A stretch of DNA of 62,950 nt, counting the filler, from Octopus bimaculoides (Eukaryota), in the NCBI RefSeq assembly GCF_001194135.2. It is 6 parts of 6 records of this genome, joined end to end, with 100 filler letters (N's around TTAATTAATTAA, not from the genome) between each part and the next. Parts side by side here need not be neighbours in the genome. Positions count along the whole stretch, not along the records: positions 1 to 19,846 come from NC_068985.1; positions 19,947 to 36,102 come from NC_068981.1; 4 more parts are not named here. One strand, 5' to 3'. Shown here in pieces: positions 12,505 to 25,407 of the stretch. The stretch's first letter is position 1, and every line of letters starts with the position of its first letter. Position numbers and translations under genes: made by a program. The notes below the pieces were generated by a model. The model did no database searches, was not told where the DNA came from, and saw nothing but the letters and a program-made list of their open reading frames with translations.

Positions 12505-13200
12505 AAGGCCGTGAACTGGCAGAAGCCTTAGCATGTCGGGTGAAATGCTTCGCTGTATTTCGTCTGCCTTTACGTTCTGAGTTCAAATTCCTCCGAGGTC
12601 GACTTTGCTTTTCATCCTTTCGGAGGTCGATAAATAAAGTATCATTTACGTACTGGGGTAGATCTAATGGACTGGCCCCACTCCCTAAAATTTTCGGACA
12701 TTGTGCCTAGAATAGAAAAGAATATTTTTGTTTTAAAAGGCGGTGAGCTGGTAGAATTTTTAGCACGACGGGCGCACCACTTAGCGGTATTTCGTCTGTC
12801 TTTATGTTTTTGAGTTTAAATACTGCTGAGGTCGACTTTGGCTTTCATTCTTTCCGGGTCGATGAATTAAGTACCAGTTGCATACTGAGGTAGATCTAAT
12901 CGACTGGCCACCTCTCCAAAAATTTCGGGCCGTATGCCTAGCGTGGAAAAGAATATTTTTCTTTCAAACGGCGGTGAGCTGGCAGAAACGTTAGCAGGCC
13001 GGGCGAAATGCTTAGCAGCATTTCGTCTATCGTTACGTTCTTAGTTCAAATTCCGCTGAGGTTGACTTTGCTTTTCATCCATTCGGGGCCGATGAAATAA
13101 GTATCAGTTACGCACTGGGGTCGATCTAATCGGCTTTCCCCCCCAACCCACAAAAAAATTTTCAAAACCTTGTGCTTACAGTAGAAAGAAATATTTTTGT
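12505..13200 (+). mobile_element. Three tandem copies of SINE family B (GAGGTCGACTTTGCCTTTCATCCTTTCGGGGTCGAT core, Meta/MESC-like)
   Basis: Copies start at about 12507, 12739 and 12970 (period ~232), each followed by ATATTTTT-type spacer sequence. Confidence 0.9.
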
Positions 13201-14895
13201 TTTAATGGAAGTAATTTTGAATGATGCATTTCACTGTTACCATGACAACTAACGCTCTTTCTTCTTTCAATATAAGTTTTGTAAGCTGAGTCAACCGAGA
13301 GGAGTCAAAATCTCCTAGTAGTTTAAATGCACGAGTCTCCGATATCCAAGTGGCTAAAAATCAAATTTCAGCAGAAAGGCACCCCTTAAAGTGTTATAAG
13401 CTAAGGGCCAAAACACTTGCCTAAGGGGTTAGTTACTTCTGAAAAGAACTTCTCCTGTCTAGCTCTCTCTCCCGAGAGAGAGAGTTTCTAACCACTAAAA
13501 CAGTTAATATCAGCGACTAAGTTGAGCTCGCAGACCGCCTGGACATATATAAATGTATTAATCAAAATGCTTTGTTGAGTCACGTGCGTCCTGACTTTTG
13601 ACTTTATAGAGCCAAGAAATCGAGAGTTTACGTAATGTTGACTGCACTTAAATACGTCAACACACACACACACACACGTACATACACACATATAAATGCA
13701 TAGAAGTATGCACGTATATGTGTTATATAATATTGTATAATACATATATTTCGTTTCTTTGTATTTGGTTTGCGAGACAATTGATGTGATAGGGTTCTAT
13801 CTCTGTTTCTCTCTCACGCCTCTCTCCTCCTCTCCACACACTCACATACACACAGACACAGACACAGACACTCACGCATGCACACCCCACATACNNNNNN
13901 NNNNNNNNNNNNNNNNNNNNNNNNNNNNNNNNNNNNNNNNNNNNNNNNNNNNNNNNNNNNNNNNNNNNNNNNNNNNNNNNNNNNNNNNNNNNNNNNNNNN
14001 NNNNNNNNNNNNNNNNNNNNNNNNNNNNNNNNNNNNNNNNNNNNNNNNNNNNNNNNNNNNNNNNNNNNNNNNNNNNNNNNNNNNNNNNNNNNNNNNNNNN
14101 NNNNNNNNNNNNNNNNNNNNNNNNNNNNNNNNNNNNNNNNNNNNNNNNNNNNNNNNNNNNNNNNNNNNNNNNNNNNNNNNNNNNNNNNNNNNNNNNNNNN
14201 NNNNNNNNNNNNNNNNNNNNNNNNNNNNNNNNNNNNNNNNNNNNNNNNNNNNNNNNNNNNNNNNNNNNNNNNNNNNATATATGTATATATACACACACAC
14301 ATATATATATATATTTATATGTCTGTGTTTACAGACACAGGACTGATTTCATAACTACAAGTGTTTAAATACGTAGCTTTATATCTCTTGTAAAGAATTT
14401 GGTTCTTATATTCTTTGATATTCTGTATTATCATTATATTTTGGTTTGGTCTTCTTCATTTTTTTTTTTAATATATTTTCTGTACTTTTTTTTTTACTTT
14501 TTCTTGTTCTCAGTTCTTGAAAATTATTTTTCTACGTGATGCTGTAAAGTGGAATACGTAAACAAAATATATAAATAGAGGTTGACATTTCGAGAGGTAA
14601 ACTGGCGGGGTATTGATTGTTGGAGAGTCTTTAATAAGTTGGAGTCTAAAAATAAATGTAGATATAGCAGTAGGATTTTAATTTCTCTTCTGACGTTTGT
14701 TACAATCAAAGTCACAGAGAATTGTGCGCCATCGAATAGACGTGTGTATGCTAGAATATCAGCACACACACAAATAGATACATACATACATACATACATG
14801 CATACATACATACATACACACATACATGCATACATACGAATATACATGCAAACATATATACATACATGGATATAATATATACATATGTGTATATA

Positions 14896-14950
<55 letters not shown>

Positions 14951-16247
14951 NNNNNNNNNNNNNNNNNNNNNNNNNNNNNNNNNNNNNNNNNNNNNNNNNN
15001 NNNNNNNNNNNNNNNNNNNNNNNNNNNNNNNNNNNNNNNNNNNNNNNNNNNNNNNNNNNNNNNNNNNNNNNNNNNNNNNNNNNNNNNNNNNNNNNNNNNN
15101 NNNNNNNNNNNNNNNNNNNNNNNNNNNNNNNNNNNNNNNNNNNNNNNNNNNNNNNNNNNNNNNNNNNNNNNNNNNNNNNNNNNNNNNNNNNNNNNNNNNN
15201 NNNNNNNNNNNNNNNNNNNNNNNNNNNNNNNNNNNNNNNNNNNNNNNNNNNNNNNNNNNNNNNNNNNNNNNNNNNNNNNNNNNNNNNNNNNNNNNNNNNN
15301 NNNNNNNNNNNNNNNNNNNNNNNNNNNNNNNNNNNNNNNNNNNNNNNNNNNNNNNNNNNNNNNNNNNNNNNNNNNNNNNNNNNNNNNNNNNNNNNNNNNN
15401 NNNNNNNNNNNNNNNNNNNNNNNNNNNNNNNNNNNNNNNNNNNNNNNNNNNNNNNNNNNNNNNNNNNNNNNNNNNNNNNNNNNNNNNNNNNNNNNNNNNN
15501 NNNNNNNNNNNNNNNNNNNNNNNNNNNNNNNNNNNNNNNNNNNNNNNNNNNNNNNNNNNNNNNNNNNNNNNNNNNNNNNNNNNNNNNNNNNNNNNNNNNN
15601 NNNNNNNNNNNNNNNNNNNNNNNNNNNNNNNNNNNNNNNNNNNNNNNNNNNNNNNNNNNNNNNNNNNNNNNNNNNNNNNNNNNNNNNNNNNNNNNNNNNN
15701 NNNNNNNNNNNNNNNNNNNNNNNNNNNNNNNNNNNNNNNNNNNNNNNNNNNNNNNNNNNNNNNNNNNNNNNNNNNNNNNNNNNNNNNNNNNNNNNNNNNN
15801 NNNNNNNNNNNNNNNNNNNNNNNNNNNNNNNNNNNNNNNNNNNTATATATATATATATATTTATATATACACACACACATACATTAATATATAAGTACGT
15901 ATATAAGCGTACATATAAATACAGCCATATAAACAGCTATATGATATGAGTGTGTATGCGTTGATATATGAATATTCATATGTATGTATACCCGTATATG
16001 AATATTCATATACATGTATTAAAAATGTGTTTATCTGTCCACGAACGTTTATACACGCGTGCACGCCCACACACAGACACACAGTCACGCATACATCCAG
16101 ATATAGGCACACATGTATAGCTAACCCCTGCGTGTAATATGTGTGTATGATACAGAATGTGTACACAGCGGTTTATAAACGTGTCTTGTTTGCGTATGTA
16201 TACATACATACATACATACGTATATATATATGTGTGTGCGTGCGTGC

Positions 16248-16297
<50 letters not shown>

Positions 16298-16789
16298 ATC
16301 TGTATGTGTTTGCGTATGTGTGCACCTGTGTATATTTGTTTGTATTTATATATGTATGTCTATATGAATCTATTTATCTATCTGCTTGTCTGTCTGTCTA
16401 CCTATCTATGTATCTTTCTNNNNNNNNNNNNNNNNNNNNNNNNNNNNNNNNNNNNNNNNNNNNNNNNNNNNNNNNNNNNNNNNNNNNNNNNNNNNNNNNN
16501 NNNNNNNNNNNNNNNNNNNNNNNNNNNNNNNNNNNNNNNNNNNNNNNNNNNNNNNNNNNNNNNNNNNNNNNNNNNNNNNNNNNNNCATGTAAAAATACAC
16601 ACATATATACACACACATGCACATACACACATGACCACATACAGGCACATATTCTGCGCGCGTGTGTGTGCGAGTGTGCTTCGAATGCTTTTTTTAAGTG
16701 CTACCAAACCTCATCACGCACAGGCATGTCTGACATACACAAAAGTGTAAATATAATTGCGCGTCTCAGTAAATTAGAATATTAAAGAA

Positions 16790-16831
<42 letters not shown>

Positions 16832-17087
16832 ATTCATAAAAAGCTATTATCCTTATACACAATGGATATGGCAGGAGTTCATCACATGAGTCGGTGAACA
16901 GTCTCACTAATTTCCAGAATGATTGTTGTTGACTAATAAATATTCGAGAAAAGAAAACTCGGAGAATTTTGATTGTATCAGAAAAAGAAAGAAAAAAAAA
17001 GACAAAAGAAAAACATACAAAAAACAGAAACGAAATCAATAAAAAAACTCAAACTGTAATGTGTTATTGTTTTTTACTTTTTTTTAA

Positions 17088-17350
17088 TTCATTTTAGTCA
17101 ATTGACTGCGGCCATACTGGGGCATCGCCGAAAAAGACTTTTGTGGAATAAGTCAACCATTTTTTTAATTTTTTGCTTTTGTAAAACTGGTAATTATTCT
17201 ATCAGTTACTTTTTACTGAACCGCTAAGTGACGGGGACGTAAAACTATTACCACCGGCTGTCAAGCGGTAGTGGTGGTGGTGGTGGGGAATACAATGGCA
17301 AACACCCACATGTATAAGTGACGGTCTTCCACACAGTTTCCATCTAGCCA
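17088..17350 (-). mobile_element. SINE family D, 3' part
   Basis: TTTTAGTCAATTGACTGCGGCCATACTGG...CCGCTAAGTGACGGGGACGTAAA. Confidence 0.7.
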
Positions 17351-18129
17351 ATAAGTTTATATGATTTCATATGTAATTTGTTTTCCTCTTTTATTACGTT
17401 TATGTGTTTCGGTCATTAAATTGTGGCCAGGCTGTAGCACTGCCTTGAGGAATTCGAGTCGCGCGAATCGATGTGTTGGCGGCCAGCTATGAGCTGGCAG
17501 CCAACACTTTTTTTCTGCGAAATAGGGGTAGCTTATCCTGTTCAGGCTATATTATTAGCATTATCCTGCGTTTGAGAATTTAAAATCACTTCTTTCTAAG
17601 ACAAACATACATACATGCATACATACATACATACACATGCACATATATACATACATACGCATACAGTATACTTTCTTTCATACAAACATACACACATGCA
17701 TGTTGAGCATGCAAGAAATGGTGAAGATCCGAGCCGAGAATAAAAGTTTCTTTGAAACAAGCATCAACGTTACATGCAATTGATTTGTGTTGAGAAGAAG
17801 CAGAAAAAGCGTTCTGAGAAGTGTTTCAGAGTTTTGTTTCTCATTCGTAAGCTAAATTTGTGTAATTTGGAGGAGTCTAAGGGCATAGAACCCTACTTGT
17901 TTGAAGTTCGATACCAAATTATCGCAGCCGTTTATAGTTTAGAGTGGCATATCATATGCCGGTGTTACGCCTTTGTTTTTCACTAAGTATTTAGTCATCG
18001 GACGTTGTTATAAGAGCTATTGGAACTCTTCGTACATCTATTAACCAAGAAACAGTAGCCTGTTGACTAATAGAAATTTCAATTAAGACATGTAATATAT
18101 CTTCCCCGGCAAGATTTGGTGACTGAAGA

Positions 18130-18690
18130 CCATACTAAATTAGTCATTGCCTGAGCTGATCTTCATATCAAAACGCCTCCGTGGATCGATAACTCACTTG
18201 ACCCAAACACCACAAGATTAGTTCGCCAATCTCTTTCAGACAATGTGGCAACAGGAAGGCAACGAGAAGGTGTTCCTTAAGAGCTCAAGGACGCTTCTAT
18301 TTCCCATCTGTATAAGATAAAGGGAAACAGGCAGTCCTGTGACGACCACCGAGGAATTTCTCTCCTTGTCATTGCTGCGAAGGCACTCGCAAGAGTCTCC
18401 GTTACCGTCTCTCTCTGCACATGTAAGACGGTTATCTGCTAGAGACTCAGTATGGCTTCAGAAAAGCCTAAAAGAAATCTACCAATATAATGTAAGACCA
18501 TGAGGACTCGATAGCAGCCTTAGGCGTTACCTCATTAAAGGAACGCAAATGGCTTCAGAAGTGCCAAGAATAGAACAGGTGTCTATACACATCGTATGTA
18601 GAACTAACCAAAGCCTTTCATGCTGTCAGTCGTGAGACGTTTTGGGAGATTATAGGAAGTTCCATGAAAAATTCATCAGAACTGTAAGAC
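18130..18690 (+). mobile_element. Degenerate RTE/BovB-like RT fragment
   Basis: Frameshifted peptides ELKDASI.HLYK.KGNRQSCDDHRGISLLVIAAKALAR and YVELTKAFHAVSRE. Confidence 0.72.
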
Positions 18691-19273
18691 AGTTTCGCTC
18701 AAATACATTTGAGAACCTATGTGCAATGGGTAGCGTTAAAAACATAATGGTTTATTTGCGTTCTTTTAATGGCGCAGCGCTTAAGGCTATAATCGAGACC
18801 TCATGGTCTTCCATTATATTGGTAGATTTCTTTTAGGCTATGAAACACTCAATCAATCATTAAAGCCAAAATCATTTAAGTACTATCTGACCTTCCATAC
18901 CCACCTATCCGTTTCTGACTAAATAGCTCTCAAGTAAATGATATGTTTTGGTTGTTGCAATAATACATTCTGGTATTTCGAGACATCAGATTTTTAATGG
19001 TCTCCGTGTAGAAACCATAAATGCTTTCATATATCAAGAAAATTCTAGGAATAGATCAGTTTAGCTGGCGTGAGTCTAATACGATTGATATTTTGACATG
19101 TGTTAAAACTATGTCTGAATATGTTTACGAACGATTTTATATATATATTAAATAACGAATAATGGTACAGCAGATGCATACGGTGGTATATGTGCATATA
19201 AGCATGTATGTACGTACAGACATACATATATGCATATTTATATACATACATGAATACATCAACACATTTATAT

Positions 19274-19306
<33 letters not shown>

Positions 19307-20227
19307 CATATATGCATAAATATATATACATATATATACATATATATATGCATATATATATATATATATATATGTATAAATACATATAGGTATATTTATG
19401 CTGATGTACATACAAACATGCATACACGCATACGTGCACGCACACATGCATATGAATGTATATAAGGATGTATGTATGCATGTATCTATGTATGCACGCG
19501 CGCATGCATGTATGTATGTATTATGTATAGAGGCACACCACAGAAAATTAGAATATTAAGGAAAACATAAATTTTCAGAAAAGTTATTCTTACACACGAT
19601 GAAGGCAACAGTAATGCTTCCTTTCTGCCTGTGAACATTAAAACATTATATGTGTGTGTGTGTGTGTCTGTGTGTGTGTGTCTCTGTGTGTGTGTGTGTG
19701 TCTGTGTGTGTGTGTGTGTGTGTGTCTGTGTGTGAGTGTATACACATGTATATATATCTGTATATCTTTCGATATGTATGTTTACACATACATTCTCAAA
19801 TACATAGACACACATCCCACAAACATGCGCAAAAACGCTGATATATNNNNNNNNNNNNNNNNNNNNNNNNNNNNNNNNNNNNNNNNNNNNTTAATTAATT
19901 AANNNNNNNNNNNNNNNNNNNNNNNNNNNNNNNNNNNNNNNNNNNNGAGTTCTACTTATTTATTTATCTATTTATTTGTTATATCTTTCTCCCTTTTCTT
20001 CCTCTGTTTAGATGAACTTTCCTACCTTTTCGGACAAAACCTTTTGTAACCTTCGTCCTGTCTTTGTCCTTACATGTTTTTAATCGATATTAGCCCTTGT
20101 GGCCAATAAAACGAATTAATCATCATCATCATCATCCTCATCATCATCATCATCATCATCATCATTATTATTATTATTATTATTAATATTATTATTATTA
20201 TTATTATTGTTATTAATGATGATGACG

Positions 20228-20445
20228 ATGACGGAGAGCTGGCACAATTGTTAACACGACGAACAAAATGTGTAGTGGTATTTCGTCCGTCCCCACGTTT
20301 ACTGTTCATATTCCGCCGAGGTCGACATTGCCTTTACTTCTTTGGAGGTCGATGAATTAAATACCACTTTCGGACTGTGGTCGATCTAATCCACTGCCCA
20401 CCTCTGCAAAAATTTCGGACCTTGTGCCTAGAGTAGAAACGATTA
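20228..20445 (+). mobile_element. SINE family B
   Basis: GGAGAGCTGGCACAA...GAGGTCGACATTGCCTTTAC...CTTGTGCCTAGAGTAGAAA. Confidence 0.85.
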
Positions 20446-20469
20446 ATATTATTATTATTGCCATTGCGC

Positions 20470-20805
20470 AGCTTCTAACGCTCGAGATGTACTACGGTGT
20501 GAGCTGTTCAATACCAGTGAACTAAAGTAACACCTATTATATTTTCGAGCACCTTCCGGTGTATTTGAGCGGTTCCAAGCAGTGCTGTTTTCTGCAAGAT
20601 CTTCACCCGTATTGCATCCCCTATTTGTTCCACCTACTTCTCGAGACTTTTACTCATTGTTCCCAAGCCTTCGACAATTATTGGTACTATTGCCACCTTT
20701 TTAATCGACCACAACTGCTTAACCTTCCAAGCTAACCTGTGATATCTATCGACTTTTCTTTCTTCCTTATCGCATACCTTGTCAGCTAGGCATGCTATAT
20801 CTATG
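20470..20805 (-). mobile_element. R4/Dong-like retroelement, C-terminal restriction-like endonuclease fragment
   Basis: Minus peptide KEERKVDRYHRLAWKVKQLWSIKKVAIVPIIVEGLG...ILQKTALLGTA. Confidence 0.7.
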
Positions 20806-20816
20806 ATCTAGCATTA

Positions 20817-20910
<94 letters not shown>

Positions 20911-20911
<1 letters not shown>

Positions 20912-21085
20912 GGTGAAGCGTAGTGGTATTTCGTCTGTCCTTATGTTTGCTTTCAAATTCTGCCGAGGTCGACTTTGCCTTTCATCCTTTCGGGTTCGAT
21001 ACAATAAGTACCAGTGAAACACTGGGGTCGTTATAATCGATTAGTCCCCTCACACAAAATTTCAGGCCTTGTACTTTTATTAGAA
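20911..21085 (+). mobile_element. SINE family B, 5'-truncated
   Basis: GCCGAGGTCGACTTTGCCTTTCATCCTTTCGGG. Confidence 0.85.
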
Positions 21086-21289
21086 AGGATTATTATTGAA
21101 ACAAAACTCAGGTTTGGTTTGTTCCTAGTAGGGGTTTTTGTGTGTATCGAGTTACTATCTGAGAACCTACATTTTCTCTGCATTTGTCATCCGTTTCTGT
21201 ATTTAATATCGTTTCCATAAATTAGTTAATTTATTATTGATATTTCACTTCCCATTACGTCAATCTCTGTTTCAGTTTTACTTCTCCAG

Positions 21290-22330
21290 TTTGGATTTCT
21301 TCCCAGCTTTGTATTCGTATGCTTTTTCGGAGGCATACAACTGGTTTCAAATGTCTAAGCATGCCTAAATAATTTCGTTTAACTCAGTGGGATCAAGTTT
21401 TAGTTCTTGTACGATTTCTTCTAAACAAAGTTACCATATTTAATTTGATTTCTGTTTTGGATTATATTTGAGAGATTATGAAGTGGTAATCTCTCATGCA
21501 TATTGTCATGTCTTTCTACTGCAAGCTTATTTAGGATTTTCTGCTTCATTTCTCTCACACTCTCTATGCTCTTCAGTAAATGTGTGGTCTTCAAGTATTG
21601 TTTCTTTACCACTTTCCTCGCTATCTTTATCAGCTTCAACAATGTATTTCTTTAGACATTGCGTGTTCTGGTTTTACGTTTTATGCTAAACATACTGGGT
21701 AAAAACAAGGACAGACAAAGGGATTAAGTCGATAACATCGACCCCAGTGCGTAACTGGTACTTAATTTATCGACCCTGAAAAAATGAAAGGCCAGTCGAC
21801 CTCGGCGGAATTTGAACTCAGAACGTAACGACAGACGAAATACTGCTAAGCATTTCGCTCAGTGTGCTAACGTTTCTGCCAGATCGCCGCATTTAATTTC
21901 TAAATTGCTTTAAACAATACACTTCAATTAAATCTGGTCTTGGGCCCTTACAATTCGGCATTTTTCATAACGCTTTACTCATTAATGCACTAGTTAGTTT
22001 TAAGTCTGGTAACTTCTCAATAAATATTTCTTCCCTTATTTTCTTTAGTGGCGCTGCATCCTCATCATAAGTATCTGGTTTATCCCAAATATAACTCCAA
22101 AACGTTTTAGCTTCTGCATTAGGCTTCTCATCTCCATCACTTTCTTCTACGCTATATATTTAGTGATAGAATCTCCTCTGCTTGTCTCTGTTGATACTGA
22201 TCTATGTTTCCGATATCTGGAAATCTTACCTGTTATTGCTATGATACTCTGTTTGAGCTCTTCCATCACTATCTGAAATCCTTATATTTCGACTGAGTAT
22301 TTTTCTGAAGAGAATACTGAAATCTTGTGC
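21290..22330 (-). mobile_element. R4/Dong-like retroelement, pre-RT region, interrupted by a SINE
   Basis: Minus peptides AEAKTFWSYIWDK and APRPDLIEVYCLK (resembling APGPD..GYWLK). Confidence 0.5.
21690..21892 (-). mobile_element. SINE family B with a variant 3' end
   Basis: GTCGACCTCGGCGGAATTTGAACTCAGAACGTAA...GCTAACGTTTCTGCCAG. Confidence 0.85.
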
Positions 22331-22419
22331 CATCCCCTTCCAGATATTCCTTACATACATCACTGCCTATGTCTCCCGTTTTCGCTCCAGGGAGTAGAGC
22401 TGTAGCTCTTTCAATCCCT

Positions 22420-24290
22420 CACAGCTCAGCTGTTCCCTTGCGGCAATCTTCCTAGTGTAGCGCTGCTGAACTGCCTCATGTTCTGTTATAAATTTGACAC
22501 CGTAGGGTGACCACTATAGAGAGCAGTAGAACGGACGGCTGAGTAGAAATGTCCTCCATAGAACCAAAATAGTTTCCAGGTCCCTTGTTCTGTAGGGTCA
22601 CCATCTTGCTGATAGGTACGTGACAAGAAGCATCGTTGCTCATATCAACCCCCAGATCATGTACTATACATGACTCTGGAATTGCCACTCCTTTTGGTCC
22701 AAAGTATCACAGTTGCAGCTTCTGAGCACCAATTAACTGGTAGTGGAGGGCTTGAAATATAACTGCATTAACTTGCATGTTGTTTTCGTCAGCCCATTTA
22801 TTTATGGTATCTTGGTATTTCTCTGGACGATTAACACCAAAAGTTTCCTAGATTACTTGTATTTTTTATGTCGCCTGCTTTTGTGTTGACACTATGTCTG
22901 AAAGAGCCACTATGAACAGTGGCGGCCCTAAGCCAGTTCCTTGAAGCACTCCATTCTGTCTCATTGGACAGGGCCCCAGCTTGGCATCTGCCTTTTAAAA
23001 AGTCATATAACCACTCTCCCAGTGTCCTGACTGTGCCGAGTCTCTGTAGCTTGTATGCTATCAGTCCATGCATAATTAATCTTATCAAAGCCTTTGCAAA
23101 ATCGAGATATATCACGTCTATGTATAAGCGATTCATTGTTCCAACACCTAGTCGTAATGCTGCAAAATTTGTGTAAGATAGTTATTTCCTGAGCGGAAGT
23201 CATGCTGGGTGTCAGGGAGTAAGCCATTATCTTCAAGGAACGCTATCAGTTTCCTCTTGACAACGCGTTTCAGGATTTTGCAGAAATGGTAACTTAGGGA
23301 GACAAGTCTATGATTTTTAGCATCTGCTCTGGTACTTCCCTCATAGAAAGGCATATGTCTTCAAACTGTTTGAGGCAGCTCTGAAAGAGAATCCATAATA
23401 GTCCTGCCAGAGGCGCTTTGCATTATTTTTGGAGGATTGCTGAGAATCCATTAGATTGTGTGGATGAGTTTGCACTTACTTCATCAATGGGTAATATTGC
23501 ATGATCCCTTTATTTTGATATTATCAATAATTTCCATTTTTTTGTGTAGGGTTGTGGAACCAAAGATACTTGCAAGTTGCCCGATGAAGTTGTAAAAACA
23601 CTCGTGTAGTGCACATTCAGTATTTCCCTGATCCTCTGGGAGTCTGCGGTCGGTGAGCCTATTTATTCGAACAGTCTTTTATTGTAGTAAATCAGACTCT
23701 TTTGCATATCTTTAAAAGGTTTTAGGGTTTGTCTTGATATTCTGAAAGCCCTAGCTTCTCTTTCTGTCCTTACTTTTTCATGGGAGTGTTTGAGTTCATT
23801 TCCGATCTCCAACAAAGTTTGTTTGAAATAGAATCGTTTGCTATTTTTAGTGGCCCATTTAGACGGTTCGTGGTTTTTGCTTGTTGTGTCATTAGAATCC
23901 TCCAAACCCTCGGAATTATGTTTTTTGTTGATTTTGTATATGATTATCATAAAGAACTGCAGCTTTATGTCTATATCTTGCGTGGAGTGCCTGGTAGACA
24001 AGTTTTGTTCCGTTTCATTTTTCTCAATAATCTTCCAATCGGCTTTGTGAAAGTTCAGGTCGGAAAGAAGTTGGGTGATTCTAGTAGCCTGCATAACAGC
24101 GGTTTTCCGCTAATCATATCTTGGTAGTTCCATTAGATTATGATCAGAGAAACTCGTCAGTGTCACCTTAAGAATATGGATGAGCGCCGCGTTATTTGTG
24201 AAGCAGAAGACAAGAACAATCATTTTTCACTGTGTTGGGTGGAGCACTATTTGCTTCATGAAGAGCACGTTTGTGATGTCTAGCAGAGTA
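22420..24290 (-). mobile_element. Degenerate CR1/L2-group LINE, reverse-transcriptase region
   Basis: Minus-strand peptides IDVIYLDFAKA...LGEWLYDFLKGRCQ and KNHRLVSLSYHFCKILKRVVKRKLIAFLEDNGLLPDTQHDFRSG, with many frameshifts and stops. Confidence 0.85.
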
Positions 24291-25407
24291 TAACAGCCCC
24301 CAACGACACAGAGCCAAGTCACAAGCTATGATGCTACCAGCATGGAATTTTGTTCATGGAGCCGACAAGGCTTCGAAGAGGAAACAAACCGTGGATGAAG
24401 TGCGGACAGCAGCTACTAGGCTTTTCTTTTGTTGAAGTCGTACAGATGATTGTCAGACAGCTGACCTGGCTTTACCAAACACATTCCAGCTCTCGTATCC
24501 ACCTCAAACAAGAAATGATCAAGGGAAGGTACATCTGACACCTCTGCACATGTCAGACCAGTGATCAATACAGACTCATTATATGTTGCAGCAGTATTCT
24601 TGTCGAACATCAGGGGCATCGTAACGTCCCACCCATCAAAACCCAGTACCTTAGAGACTTAGTGATAAGTAATCTTGCAATAAGCACGGCACTAAGAGAA
24701 ACACATCTGAACGCAGACATATCAGATGCTGAGATACACTTACCAAAGTATGTTATGTTTCGAACTATCAGGAGAGAAAGGACTCATGGTGGAGTAGCAG
24801 TGCGCAAACTCAGTGTGTGACACTCTGGTGGTACACGTTACACAGTTAAAAATATTAGTATGTACAACTTATCGCCCACCAGATGCTCCAAATAATGGGG
24901 AGTTGTTTGAAGAGAGCTTCCCAAAAATGAAATAAGCATTAACCAACCTGGATGACATCCTGCACATACTTCTTCAAAAGGACTTCAACAACCCTAAATT
25001 CATATGGCCTGAGAGCCGCCTTCTCTCAGGTATGTCAATTCATGTACAAACGCAAACAGAGTCTCTGCCAGATATCACAAACATGCTCTTCATGGAGCAA
25101 ATATTGCTCCACCCAACAGAGTGAGAAAAAAATTTTCTTGTCTTCTGCTTCACAAATAACGCGGCGCTCATCCATACTCTTAAGGTGACACTGACGAGTT
25201 TCTCTGATCATAATCTAATGGAACTGCCAAGATATGGGTAGCGGAAAACCGCTGTTATGCAGGCTACTAGAATCACCCAACTTCTTTCCGACCTGAACTT
25301 TCACAAATCCGATTGGAAGAGTATTGAGAAAAATGAAACGGAACAAAACTTGTCCACCAGTCACTCCACGCAAGATATAGACATAAAGCTGCAGTTCTTT
25401 ATGATAA
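24290..25407 (+). mobile_element. Inverted 5' part of the same LINE family (apurinic-endonuclease domain)
   Basis: Plus-strand SNIRG, ETHLNADISDAEIHLPKY and RTHGGVAV endonuclease motifs. 25063-25407 is the reverse complement of 23944-24288. Confidence 0.8.

Noticed and set aside
15964-16011. Twice-repeated 14-bp palindrome TATGAATATTCATA
   Set aside because: It is embedded in TA-rich microsatellite-derived sequence, where such palindromes arise easily.
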